Shown here: one piece after another, positions 1 through 35,534 of the stretch
How positions within the stretch are numbered: the stretch's first letter is position 1
Layout of the letters: every line of letters starts with the position of its first letter
NCBI GenBank assembly: GCA_030141605.1
Contig: JAQGDQ010000139.1
Location: 372,001 to 436,000 of the forward strand
Direction of reading: 5' to 3'
Source: Tubiluchus corallicola
Taxonomy: Eukaryota > Animalia > Priapulida
Length of the DNA stretch: 64,000 nucleotides
Position numbers and translations under genes: made by a program
The notes under the pieces: generated by a model
Databases searched by the model: none
Seen by the model: the letters and a program-made list of their open reading frames with translations, nothing else
Told to the model about the DNA's origin: nothing

Positions 1-409
1 AATAGTTAACTTCCATAATAGCTTGAAATACTTCACCCATAAATTGCAAAATTGTGAGCTGCCTATTATAATAATGGCATGCTTGCCTTTTTTTATACAA
101 ACCACAATATATAATGCCAGTGATTATTCAAGATATGGATCAACATTGCTATCTCAGAGCAGCAAAAATATGAATACAAATCTAGGAAATAATAGTTTTT
201 CGACTAATTTGTTAGTGTTAAGACACTTCTGCTAGCATTCTTCTTGAAGCAGCTATTGTTAGCAAAAAACAATTTTGAGTAAAGAAATGTATAGACAAGA
301 AGCCTGATGTAAAAAACCTGGCTTTATGTGCAAAAGCACAAAAGTTCTGACCAATGTAGAATAATTAAACACATATCAATCCTCTCACGAATACACAATT
401 CCTTGATTA

Positions 410-14069
<13,660 letters not shown>

Positions 14070-14830
14070 TTTCGTATGCCCTGTCAAAAGTTCAAGCATT
14101 TCTGACGCTCCAAATATTTGCCAGTACTTTTTTCTACGACACACCACATACCATAAAATACACAGTATTACTATATTAAAAAACATCAAATCATGTTCCG
14201 ATTGCATTCGCAATTGAGACTTAATTAATGAGATTTAATTAATTAATTAATAGAGACTTAATTAATGAATATGAAGCTCGAAAATATTATGTACACTGTA
14301 TGTACATATGTATTACCATACGTGTATTGCTGTATGTACTATTATGTACATATGTATTACTGTGTACTGGAACAAAATAGATTAGCCCAAGTATTAATTA
14401 AAAATTGAAACTGCTTTATGGAATATGTGCATCCCATATGGATTTCTTCACAACTTCACAGATTAGTGCAGCAATATGAGTCACATGAGCGAGATTAACA
14501 GAGTTTATTGAGAAATTATAAATGTACTTAAAAGAGCAGAGAACAGGTGTGCACCTATATATAACTATAAGCTGGGTGTTCAAAAACGTTGATGGTTTCA
14601 GCATTTGTCTGCGTTAAAAGAAAAATCTATTGATGCTCATTCCTTATGGAAAGGTGTAAGTCAACCTAGAAATGGCTTTGTTAATGAATATACATAAGCT
14701 TAAATGTAAAAAAGGATGTAAACAAGCAACTAATACGTCTCAAATCAGTACGTGCGGAGTAATAAAAAATGAATACCAATTTGATAAGTCAAAATATATG
14801 TAATAAATTTTTTGATTAATACGATGCATT

Positions 14831-14953
14831 ACAACACGACACGACGCAACGCAACACAACACAACACAACACAACACAACACAACACAATACAATACAAT
14901 ACAATACAATACAATACAATACAATACAATACAATACAAAAATACAATACAAT
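14831..14953. repeat. Compound pentanucleotide microsatellite (ACGAC/ACAAC/ACAAT)n
   Basis: Directly visible tandem array. Confidence 0.95.
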
Positions 14954-15199
14954 TTAATATAACACAATACACATAGACAATAAACCTAAACCTAAAGCAA
15001 AATATAGATACATTTTGGAAAATTGAAGCTTTGGGTTTAATTGAAGGTAAGTAACATACACTAATAAGTTGAATGGTGTTGTAGGATTAAAGGAAACTTC
15101 AAATGAAATTGAAATTCAAACCCAATGATTCAGGGATGCACAACATGTTGATGTCAGATTTCCTGAACAAAAGGGGCAGTTATGTGAAAATTCGCTGAG

Positions 15200-16200
15200 A
15201 GATTATGCATGTGTGAATGATGTATGTAGTACAATTCAAACATTGCAAGGTGGAAAATTAGCTGGCTTTGATATGCTGTATGAAGAACACATTTTAAATT
15301 AGTACTGTATTCAACAATGATGTTTAATCTTATGTTGATACAACGTTTTGCACCTAGGATTTTGGCAAGGGGGTGATCTTACCTTCAGTTAAGGACAATA
15401 ATAGTGATCATACAAATTTTAATAATTACAGGTTATTACGTTTTCACCTGTACTATCGAAATCATTTCAATTTACTCTATTGCTCAAATTTGGGCATCAT
15501 CTTGAAAGTGACCAACTTCACTTTGGTCTCAAAAACGAATCTGGATGTAATCACGCCATAAGTATAATTAAAGAAAGGGTTGCCTTCTTTAGAAAGAGAC
15601 ATGGTCCTGTTCATGCAGCGTTTCTAGATACATCCAAAGCATTTGATATACTTTTACATGATGGATTATTCTTAAAATTAATTCAAAATGAGTACCAAGG
15701 GTTTCTGTTAAGATTTTACTAAACTGGTATAATGATCTTTCTTAGTGACTATTAAATCTGGAGTTAGGCAGGGTGGAATTTTATCTCGTGTACTGTATAA
15801 CGTACGAATTTTTTGCGCTGTTAACAACATTCTATCGACTTTAAGTAGGCATTGTAATGAAACTGTAGTAAAAACCTTAATGTGCTTCTATTGTTTATCC
15901 ATCTTATTACATGCTTCTGAAATTGGTACTATTAGCAATAAAGATTTAAATGTCACAAGAGTCAGTTGGAACAAGGATTTTAGAAAAAAATTAAAATATA
16001 GACAAACTGAAAGTGTCAAGTCGCTGATGTGTTAGTGTGGGACTATGCCGTCAAATTTGATAATTGACAATCGAAGGTTTTTAAGAAAAATACAAAATTT
16101 GTCAGATTCTTATAGAAAATTGTTATATTTTATTAATGCCAGTGCAATTTAAGATTGAAATACAGTTGCACTTTATACTATAATCACAATGTAAAACGTA
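15200..16200 (+). mobile_element. Degraded non-LTR retrotransposon, reverse transcriptase remnant
   Basis: Fragmented RT motifs AFLDTSKAFD (15480 ORF) and SGVRQGGILS (15745 ORF) with stops and frameshifts. Boundaries are approximate. Confidence 0.8.
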
Positions 16201-19200
16201 CTGTCAAGAAATCATTTTATGATCCTCTAAGAAACTACTAGATGTAGCCTTCTTGCCTTTTATAATATTCCTAACTCTTACCTTTGTGTATTCAGTTTTT
16301 AACCGTAGCTGAATAGTTTTATTCATTCGTCTCTGACAAAAGCTTTTTGCGGCTTGTAGTTGTGTTTTTAAAATCGACGTAAATAAATGTTCGTCTTACC
16401 TTATCTTATACTTGTTGACCAGCAACATCATTTTACATGTGTTGTATCGATTTTAGATGTGAATAAAGTACATAGTAAAATTAGAAATTTAAAACATATT
16501 AGTCAGTCTGAATCTCTGAATGTAAATACTAGATATAGACGCTACTAAAGGAATGTTCATCTGCCCGCACGAATGATTGGGAGTTAGTAGCAGGTTCGAT
16601 TTTGACCGGGAGTTCTCGACTGAAAAATCATGTAACGATGGCTATATATGCATAACTTCTGCTTATACATAGCCTTATGAGCTAACTTCAGTATGTAAAC
16701 AAGGTATATCTGTCTGTCTATGCACTGTTGATTACAATTCTGGTTTCTAAACGAAATATTTCGTGTTTTTTCGCTAGTCTGTATAAAAATTAATTATTCA
16801 TATAGGCATGTTTTTGCATATTTATCTGCTCGCCTTTATTTTATGTTTTTCCTATAAAAAGGCAGAATTGTTCGGCTACGCGGAGGTCTGTTATTTAACT
16901 TTGTGCGTAATTATACCTACTTTCGTCATTGACTCATTGATCTGATGGTAATGCAACTTTTACTTGCCGTTATTATTTTATTTAATGAAGTTCGACTGAT
17001 AATTTTTGGCCATAATACAATGATTGATGTCTTTTACCCCAATCATTTTTATTTGCTTGGTATTAGTGATTTCTTTCTAGCGGTGACCTCGACCCTGGCT
17101 CAAACGCACCGCAGTGGCATTTGTCTACTGTTGATGGTGAAGAAAGGTCAGTTAGCGCGGATCACGTCATTTTCATTTCAAATGAAATGTGAACATTGTT
17201 ATCTCAAATACACCCCGAACTCCAAGTGACAAAAAGATGTACTATTCTTGAATGAATATTTTCCAATTAAATGTCCAGTGAAGCCAGTCTCTGTAGCAAG
17301 AAATACCTTCATTAAAGCTAGATGTCTCAGTTTGTTAATAACCATTGTCAATAGTACATCTGTAAACATAATATAAACTGTTGTTAAACCTAAAAAGGTT
17401 GAACATTAAACATCAATTTTTATACATTTTATTTTTTAAATTTTTTTAAACATTTTTATTTTTTAAACTTATAGCAATCAATTCAATGTATAAAACAGAA
17501 TTTTTGGCCTAGGGAGCATAAGGTGCTGACAAATAAGTAATGTAGAATTTCAAACTTTAAAAAAAGTGAGTACCGTTTTTTTAGAGTTTGCACCCGTAAG
17601 ATGGTGCAAAGATTAAGCTATAGGCATGACTAAAAAGACACACCTCTGGGCCTGGCCGAAGAAGTTTAATCACGTGCCAGGTTCTTACCCACTCAGAAAC
17701 TGCAGCTGTGACGTCATGCTTATCATTACTTCCCTGGCCTAAACAAAATGGTGTTGTAAACGCGTGATGTGATAAATATATTATAACTGCTGTTATTACA
17801 CCGTGCAGGCTACGAACGCATTTTGAGTTTATCTAAGTTCGTTCAGCGCATGTCCATGACCTGTAGATAGTTCATTCTCTTCTGATGTCCACTGTTCTTA
17901 TAAAGTTTACAACATGGTCCAAATTAATGTCGCAAAATCTGACGAGCATTTATTTATAGAACAAAACAATGTGGCGGTTTTACAACAAGTACGGCGTTTT
18001 TAAAACATCAGTTTTTATTTCACAAAGAGAATTCGTTTGCGGAGTGTAACAAACAACAACAGGCTGCGAGAGAAGGGGAAAGGTAGTGGTGTTGTTTTTT
18101 AATGATTTGTTAGCACTATCCCCCGTGAAATAAAGTGGTGCAAAAATAACGGAAAGACTAATTTTTCGTTGTTCATGCAAAAAAAAAACGGTTTCGAATT
18201 ATTATTTGGCTGATTCAAGAATGGATTAAAGCTTTACAAATATTTTTTGAGATTATTATTTTCAGTTTTTTTGTACAATTGATGTTTTAGGCTATGTTGT
18301 GTCATTGTCACTTCCATATCTGCCTGTCATAACAGTTACTATCACAGTTTCGTGACAGTGCAAACTTGCCACGTATACAAGTCGTCTTGAGACACTAGAG
18401 GTCTATTAACTACATTATTGTAGTGGAAAACAATATCAATTTGTTGAAACGGTGCAACCAAGTCATCCGAAAAAATAAGTTTCATACCGTTATGCTTGCC
18501 AACTAATAAAGGAAGACGTGCACTATTTAATTATGTTTGCAATTTTACTGCTTCAATTTGATAACTTTGGTCACGAATTAATTACGCTGTTACTGTTTGG
18601 TAATAAAATTAAGTAACGCCATAAAGCTATTGCAAAATTAATGCAATAAACCAATGAGTGCTACCGTATAATTTAATGGCCTAAGAAAGCACCCACAAAA
18701 AGTTTTCTTAAATCAAAAGAAACATTTATTTTATAAAAAGTATTTCAATCAACTAAAGTTGGTCAAGTGCTGTAAACTACTCTATATCTTTGTTCTTATT
18801 ATTGTGAGTCCCTGTTTTAAATATGCCCCACTGGTGTGCGCGTTTAAGGCCATTTGAGCTGGATATTGCACGGTGATGCCACCTGGCAACGAAAATAATA
18901 CTAAAACAATTTACACTTCCTTTAATGTCTCCAAATAATATAATTATCAACATCAGGAAAAATATATCAAATGGTTTTTCGGTTGACATTTGTCAGGTCT
19001 GCTAATATTCATTTTGTGGTCTTTTGACCGGTAGGCCTTTGTCTTTTCAGGTGAATAATTGAACAGTGGTCTTTTGTTTGGTGGTTTTTTGATCGGCGAT
19101 CCTTGTACGGGGTGATCTTTCACTGGTGGGCCTTCGGCCAACAGCCGTAAGAAGCACCCAAAAAAGTTTGAGTGAATTTCCGGGTTTTTTGTATTACGTG

Positions 19201-19362
19201 CAGCCGGTACGTTGAGAACCTGGAATCGCTTTTAATATTGCACTAACTGGTCGTCCTTGTCCTATATGAACTACGCAAACATTACTGTGCCAGCACGTTC
19301 AAATAAACGGGAAAATTTTGGCTACTTATGTTTACAACCTGGCATTTTAAACTTATTTTGCA

Positions 19363-28499
<9,137 letters not shown>

Positions 28500-28944
28500 T
28501 GAATTATTAGTTTATTCTATTTAAAGAAACCAATTGCTGTGTGGCATAACAAGATATTACGACACCTTAGGTTGATAGTTCAGTCCCATGCATTTCCATT
28601 AGGGATTTATGGTTGCTTATATAAGATGAGCAGTAAACAATTACTTGTTGTGTGTCAATTACATTACGTGACACATGATATATTTTCATAGCGTTTATAT
28701 ATAAGCAATTCTTTGTAGTGTAGTAAATTCTATGTAATAACTATACGCGTTTATTATAATGAATTTAAGAAAGCGGAATCAGTAACTACTTGTGGTGTGT
28801 TATAAAATATGCGCTTCGTATGAATGTGAAACATTTTTTAACACTGAGCCCCCCATCTGGCACCCCTACAGCCTATTGGTAAATGTGCCCTGAGATGCTG
28901 CAGGATCCTAAAAATATTTATAGTCATTGGCCATAGTTTCTACT

Positions 28945-29940
28945 TATTAAAATTTTGCTATAGCAAAATCTTACTGTTTTTTATTGAATTATTATTATTT
29001 ATTCTCCGCCGCTTTAATTGGTCATTTGGAGGGGAAAATTTTCCGCTAGGTGGCAAAAAGCGAAAAATGGGGGTTGGGAGCAAAAATGCATGAAATGTCT
29101 TGAAATATTACCTTGTAGCATATCAAACAAAAGGTCTCGATGAGGTGTGTCGCATGCCATAGATTACAGTGAGAATAGCTAACCTGCGACCCTGCTAGGG
29201 GGCAAAACCGAAAAATGGGGTCGGGAACAGAAATGCATCGTGTGTCTACGAATAATACCATGTAGCATATCAAAAGAAAGGTCATGATGAGGCGAATCGA
29301 ATGGTACAGGTGACAGTGTGAATCGTTAAGCTGTGACCCAGTTAGGGGCAAAATAGGGGTCGAGGAAACAAATCCAGGTTCTACCAAAAGTAGGTTGTTG
29401 TATTCAAATGAAAGGTCTCAACGAGACAAACTGAATAATATGAGATTGTTGACCTTTGATCCGTGGGTAATGGGCTCAACAGTTAAATGCTGAGGTTTCA
29501 TTGTGAAATGCACTTCCCATGTATTCAAGCAATTCAATAAAAGAAAATAAGCACTTACAAAAAAGGCTGTCGCCTCTTTATTTTTAAGGCTCAATTTTAC
29601 ACCTATTGTTTGCAAAATCTTCAGTTTCTGACCACGTCAGAAACATTGTCAACTAGTTAATATTATTATTTATTTATTCGATGAGGCGGATCGAATGGCA
29701 TAGGTTACAACGATAATAGTTAACCCACGAGCCCGTTAGGGGGCAAAAACCGAAAAATGAGGGTCGGGAAATGAAGTGCACTGAGTGTTGAGCAATAGCA
29801 CCTTGTAGCACACCAAATGAAAGGTCTCGACGAGGCGGATAGAACGGCATAGGTTACAATGAGAATAGTTATTCCGCGAACTCCGCTAGGGGCGAAAACC
29901 GAAAAATTGGGGTCAGGAACTGAAGTGCAACCGAGTAAAG
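28945..29940 (+). mobile_element. Non-autonomous Helitron/Helentron-like element with about 120-bp internal tandem repeats (ends 29656), followed by a further partial repeat array
   Basis: Repeat unit ..ctagggggcaaaa(a)ccgaaaaatggggtcgggaa..aaaggtctcgatgaggcg..; 3' hairpin GTTTCTGAC-CAC-GTCAGAAAC (29624-29644) followed by CTAG|T (29653-29656). Confidence 0.75.
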
Positions 29941-32900
29941 TTGAGTCTGGTAACCTGGTATTGTCCTAGGTTAACGAAGGTGATGACAAACCGTTCAAAG
30001 TTTGATACGTTGCTGTACAGCAATTTTGTCACTTCGCACAGTCCGAAATTTTTGTTCACATTTGTGCTGAAATTAGTCAAACTAATTATTTTATCCCTTC
30101 ACGTAGTGTACTAGATAAATTCTACACTACATCAGCAGTAGTATCTGCTCTATTTATGTATGTGTAATAAAAACTTATAGTAATTTTCATGTTTGAATGT
30201 TACGTGTTTTTATATTTTCTTTTATTATCCTATTGACTACAAAAAAGTTCAAAATCATAGGCTATTTTGTCTGTGTTTTATAACTACACCGTAGAATGAC
30301 AAAAACTTAACGATTTCGCATACCATTCACCAATTACGACAATAGATGCTGACACGGTGATCAATACCAGTATATACCAGGCCCCCAGCGTTTTCGTTTC
30401 ATCAACCTTTCGTTCCCCTTTGAGGAAGTTGAACTTGCTACGCAGGTCTGTTTACACTATATTTTGGATCAGCGTAAATGAATCCCCGATTGTGTTTGTT
30501 TCTTGTTCTAACGCTAGTTTTTCACCTAACCGGAAATACAGGTACGTAATAAGTAATGGTTTTACTTTATATAGAAGTATTTTGAAATTCATTGAGCAGT
30601 TTAAATATTGACCTGTATCCTGAATCGAACCTACTTGAGGCGATGTTTTTGGGGGCAAATTATGAGCTTGTTAACTGTATAAGTCATATGCGTGCGCGTG
30701 TGCATGTGTGTGTAAGTGTTCATGTGCATGTGTATAAATTTCACACACGATCCAACGAACGCTTATCGATCACTTTTAACTTCCGTAGTACAGATGTAAT
30801 GTTAATGTTTCAAGTAGGCCCTACTAATATTAATATAAACCTAATGATACAGGGCGTTTCATAAGTACTTTATCGACCAGCGATGTTCATCGTGTAGTAA
30901 ACTCTTTTTTCAGTCCACGTTTCAAGTTTGCTCTGTTTTCTTTTGCTAAGTTTCTGACTGTAGAGTAAAGTCGTTGCATGACTACAATTTAGAGTGGCAT
31001 GGTACTTTTGCATTTTAAATTTATTCTTTCATTTCAACACGTAGACATACGTAATCTTATGCGGATTGAAAAAGATAAAATAAAATTAGTTACATAAGTA
31101 AAAATCATCATTTACAAAGATTAAGAAGGACTAAAGAGAAGGTTCATTAAAAAGAAAATTCTCTACATAAATGATACATACATTAAAAGTATATTAAAAT
31201 TTCATCCCAGTGAGCATATAGAAATCCCAGAGTTGAGAACAACATAGGATAAAATGTTATTAAAGGAAGACAGGATGATTTTTCATATACTACCCCATTT
31301 TCAAGTCCGATAAAAAGTATACATTTTAAGAATGCGTTCGCGAGAAGACCATGCAAAATCGAAAAATTCCGGCACAAGGTTAGGTAAACCGATTCGGACC
31401 AAAGTTCGAGTATGAGGTCCACTAGTCACTAGTATTCACTATGTGAATCCGCTTGGCCCAACTCCTCAGTAGCAGAGGTACGGCATAGGCCGATTTTCAT
31501 GAAAAAATACCTATTTTTCTCTATTTTTTACTCATATTTGAAGGATTAGCCATGCAGCAACCACTGACTCTGCACAGTATTGGATCTTGTTATCTTCTCC
31601 AAAATGACTTTTCGACTTTTGTCCAACCCCCCCAACCCCCTCTTTCGGCTCTACTGGGGGTCTTTAAGCTTGCATTACGCACAAGATGCAAATACATTGT
31701 ACTCAGTCACTTCAAAGTCTTATATCTCACCCACTGCGGAGGCGGGGACAAAAATATCGATATGTATGTGAATAGAGCATCTCATCCCACTATGCTGCAG
31801 TGACAATTTCGATGGAGCGAATTTCCACCCTATTGTAAATGACTCCTGAAAGAGGCATATATCAGGGTGAAAATATAGGTAACAATGTTCATCAAAAAGC
31901 TTCGTGTGGGTAAACATGAGTTGTCAAATCTTGTCAAAATACTTCAAAATGTCATAAATATTCATCTTCGGTAACTAGGGGCCTGGACAGCACATCTGGG
32001 CGAATGCCCAAAAAATATGGAACAGACTTCCCCAAAATATCATTTGACCGGTGATTTTCTTGACTGTAAAACATCGAAAATTTTTGGGCCATTGGCGCAA
32101 TCATTCAATCACACTATTAGTATTTTTGTCAGAAGTATCGATTTTGTGCCACAAATAAATTTTGGGCGAAGAAAAATTTTCTGAGCAAAATATCACCGCC
32201 ATTCCCCTAGAAGCGGCCCATACGCTTATATTGTCTCATGTTTAGACTGTAAGATTTTCACTTTATCACTTTTCCCATGATATATTTGTCTATATTTCTG
32301 TATCTATCCTCTAAGGATAATCTACCTGCATCGATAATTCTTTCTCTATTATTTAGATATTATGGTTTTGATTACATGTACTACTCTTGAGTGATAAGAT
32401 TATACTGCTACAATACGAACGGTATTTTGGACTTAGAGAAATTAATTCTGACTGAGTTTTGTAGTTTTTCATTTTTGTACTGATATTCATAATCTTCTAT
32501 GTATAGCCATGAAGCTTATTCATATAAAAAGTATAAAAAATGAACAGATTTCTATTTTATATGTATATACCAAGTGTTGTCAGATTCTTTCGCTAGCAAT
32601 GACTCTCAATCTTGACAACCCGTACTTCTTTTCTGTTAGAGGGCTTATTGTTTAGTCTTTCCTGGTATCCGTTAGCGATTCAGTGTGTAGAGAATGCCCT
32701 GAATCAGGGTCGGGCCCGGTCGGCTCGGTACCTGGGGCATGCATGATGTCCTGTCCTGAAATCCATCAGAAGAGGGAATTATTCATATTTGTAGTCATAT
32801 GAAAATTCCGACATAACTAAACCAATTTAAGATGAAATTCCAAATTTCTCGCAATTTCCATGGCAAAGGAATCTATTGCTACTAGGAAATGATAGCAGTA

Positions 32901-33011
32901 GTCACCGAAAATGCAGGTTAAACGTGGCTAAATGTTTACTGTTATATACGACCTGAGCCAAGTATGTCTACTTTTTACACATGGACGGAATTACTATGGA
33001 AAGTAAAAGCG

Positions 33012-33784
33012 CAACTCCGCTAGGGGGCAAAATAGGGGTCGAGGAGACAGTGGTCTTCCAGTACCAAATGAAACTAGCTTGTATATATCAAAAGAAAGGT
33101 TTCGATGAAACAAATTGAATGGTAATAATTAAACAGAGATTGGTTGATCTGTGACCCCAGTAGGGGGTAAAAACCGAAAAACGGCGGTCGGGAACAGAAA
33201 TGCATCGAGTGTCTAGGAACAGTACCATGTAGCACATGAAATGAAAGGTCTCGATGAGGCGAATCAAATGGCATAGTTTACAATGAGAATAGTTAACCTG
33301 CAACCCATCTAGAAGACAAAATATGGTTCAACAAGACACGTTTATCATAGTATCAACAGACCTAGCTTGTATTACACCAAATAAAAGGTCTCAATGAGAC
33401 AAATTGAATGGTATAAGTTATGCCGATATTGGTTTACCTTTGACCACAGTAGGGGCAAAATAGGGGTCGAGAAGACATGTGCCTTTAAGTGTTAATCGAA
33501 ACCAGCTTTTAGTATATCAAAAAAAGCCTCAATGAGTCAAATTGAATGGTATATGTTATGCCACGATTTTTTGACTTTTGACCATGGGTCGTGGGTTAAA
33601 AAGGTGAAAGTTGTAATTTCATTCTGAAGCTCAGTTCCTATGTAGTCAAGCAACAATGTGAATTCAATCAAATTCTAAATTACAATTTTCAACCAAAAGG
33701 CTAGCGTCTTAACAAGGCCGAAATCTGTAACTAATGTCTGCATAATCTTCAGTTTCTGACCACGGCAGAAACATTGTCAACTAG
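33012..33784 (+). mobile_element. Second copy of the Helitron-like repeat-bearing element
   Basis: Same ~120-bp repeats and near-identical 3' end aatcttcagtttctgaccacggcagaaacattgtcaaCTAG|t (hairpin 33752-33772). Confidence 0.75.
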
Positions 33785-34115
33785 TTGTAATTATGTTTAA
33801 CACTACACTGTACAAACTATAAAAATCGATTCTAGAAAAAAGTTTATGACCCTATAATTAAGTCTGTTTATAAATCAGCAAGACACCTGTTACGCTGTCA
33901 TAACTTTGAGTTCATATTGAAAATAATGACATTTTTAGTTAATACAGACGGTGATACATGTATGACATTTTTTATAATTGCTAAAATATTTAAAAGAGTT
34001 TACAACAATGAAAGGCTGCATGCTACAACTAGTTGTCAAGAAAACAAAACAAAAGACAGATTACTAACACGAATTTAAAATGCTTCTGCTCGCCTTACTA
34101 GTAGCTATACAATGT

Positions 34116-35534
34116 TCACAATGACATAAAAGTTTCAATTTCCATTTTCTGTGTTACAATAACATTTGGTAATTTTTTGGTAATCACACCGGTACCTACT
34201 GTTTTATGATTTTCCCGTATCGTAAACTTATCTCCCGGCTGCAAGACCATCTTCCGCATTAATGTGAGAATTACCATTCCACTGTCTCCAGGTAAAATCA
34301 TCCCGTTATCTGGGACATCTAATCTACAGGCAATGTTCCATGTATGACAGAACAACTGCTGGATGTATTTCCCCATCACAGGTTTTGATCGCCCGCCTTC
34401 ATGTTTCGTTAGAAAATAGATGTTTCCCTCATATTGATTCCCAATCTGGAAGGTACCAGGTGGACACAACACCATCCCTCTTTGAACTGATTCCACTTTT
34501 ACTCCACGTAGTAGAGCACCAACGTTTTGCCCAGCTTCGCAGCGAGCAATTGATTTCTTGAAGATCTGAATGTCAGAAATGATCACCTTCAAAGTACTGT
34601 CAAAACCAAGTAGCTCTGCTTCTGATCCTTTAACAAGGATTCCTTGCTCCAACGTGCCAATGGCGACTGTGCCACGACCAGATACAGTGAAAGCTTTTTC
34701 GACAGGTAACACAAATGGACAGTCAAGTTTTCTTGTAGGAATGGCCACGTGAGTATCTATAGCTTTCAATAATTGCCGTATAGAATCTACTCCAAATTTT
34801 CCTTCCTGCCCCTTAAGTGCACATAAAGCTGAACCATTGATAATGGGTGTTTCAAAGCCATCATATCCATACTGACTAAGAAGTTCGCGCAATTCTATTT
34901 CTACAAGTTCCAGCACTTCATCATCAACTAATTCTGCTTTATTAACAAAAACAACAATATTGTTGATGCCAATTTGTTTTGCAAGAAGAAGATGTTCCTT
35001 TGTCTGTGGCATTTGACCGTCAGTTGCTGCTACAACTAAAATAGCACCATCCATCTGACTAGTTCCTGTAATCATGTTTTTCACGTAATCAGAATGCCCT
35101 GGACAGTCAGTGTGTGCATAGTGTCTAAGTTCAGTTTCATATTCAACGTGAGTTGCATTAATTGTTATTCCTCGCTTTTTCTCTTCAGGTGCTTTGTCAA
35201 TGTCTTCAAATTTAATATATTTAGCTAAATTATCTTGCTCCAGCACCTTCGTAATGGCTGCAGTGAGAGTAGTTTTGCCATGATCAACATGTCCAATTGT
35301 GCCAATGTTGCAGTGTGGTTTGTCACTATATTTCTCTTTTTGTAGTGACTTATTGCCAGTCGCACTAGCTGACTTGGGAAGTTGGCTGTAATCATTAAAT
35401 GTCTGTCTGAAATTGCACACCCTTGACCAAGTGAGAAGAGGTGAATGTATTTTGCTGATTTTGTTCAAGCAGCTAGACTGTATGAAAACTGACAAACATT
35501 TTTTGAAAGGCATCATAGAGCTATGAAGAAACAT
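34116..35534 (-). CDS. TUFM: Mitochondrial elongation factor Tu, EF-Tu2-type paralog, intronless CDS, 472 aa
   Basis: N-terminal transit-like extension, [23 protein letters not shown]; domain 2/3 has EF-Tu2-like [17 protein letters not shown] and [12 protein letters not shown] splice-acceptor-like ctacag lies 3 nt before the ATG. Confidence 0.93.
   Translation of the reverse strand: MFLHSSMMPFKKCLSVFIQSSCLNKISKIHSPLLTWSRVCNFRQTFNDYSQLPKSASATGNKSLQKEKYSDKPHCNIGTIGHVDHGKTTLTAAITKVLEQDNLAKYIKFEDIDKAPEEKKRGITINATHVEYETELRHYAHTDCPGHSDYVKNMITGTSQMDGAILVVAATDGQMPQTKEHLLLAKQIGINNIVVFVNKAELVDDEVLELVEIELRELLSQYGYDGFETPIINGSALCALKGQEGKFGVDSIRQLLKAIDTHVAIPTRKLDCPFVLPVEKAFTVSGRGTVAIGTLEQGILVKGSEAELLGFDSTLKVIISDIQIFKKSIARCEAGQNVGALLRGVKVESVQRGMVLCPPGTFQIGNQYEGNIYFLTKHEGGRSKPVMGKYIQQLFCHTWNIACRLDVPDNGMILPGDSGMVILTLMRKMVLQPGDKFTIRENHKTVGTGVITKKLPNVIVTQKMEIETFMSL

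Noticed and set aside
14216-14268. 16-bp direct repeat GAGACTTAATTAATGA around (TTAA)n upstream of NDUFS2
   Set aside because: Low-complexity duplication or insertion footprint with no evidence of function.
14740-14967. ORF with LYCIV/LCCVV repeats
   Set aside because: It is a translation of the pentanucleotide microsatellite.
29040-29940. Regularly spaced repeats as a CRISPR-like array
   Set aside because: The units are contiguous diverged tandem repeats without unique spacers, in a eukaryotic transposon context with no cas genes.
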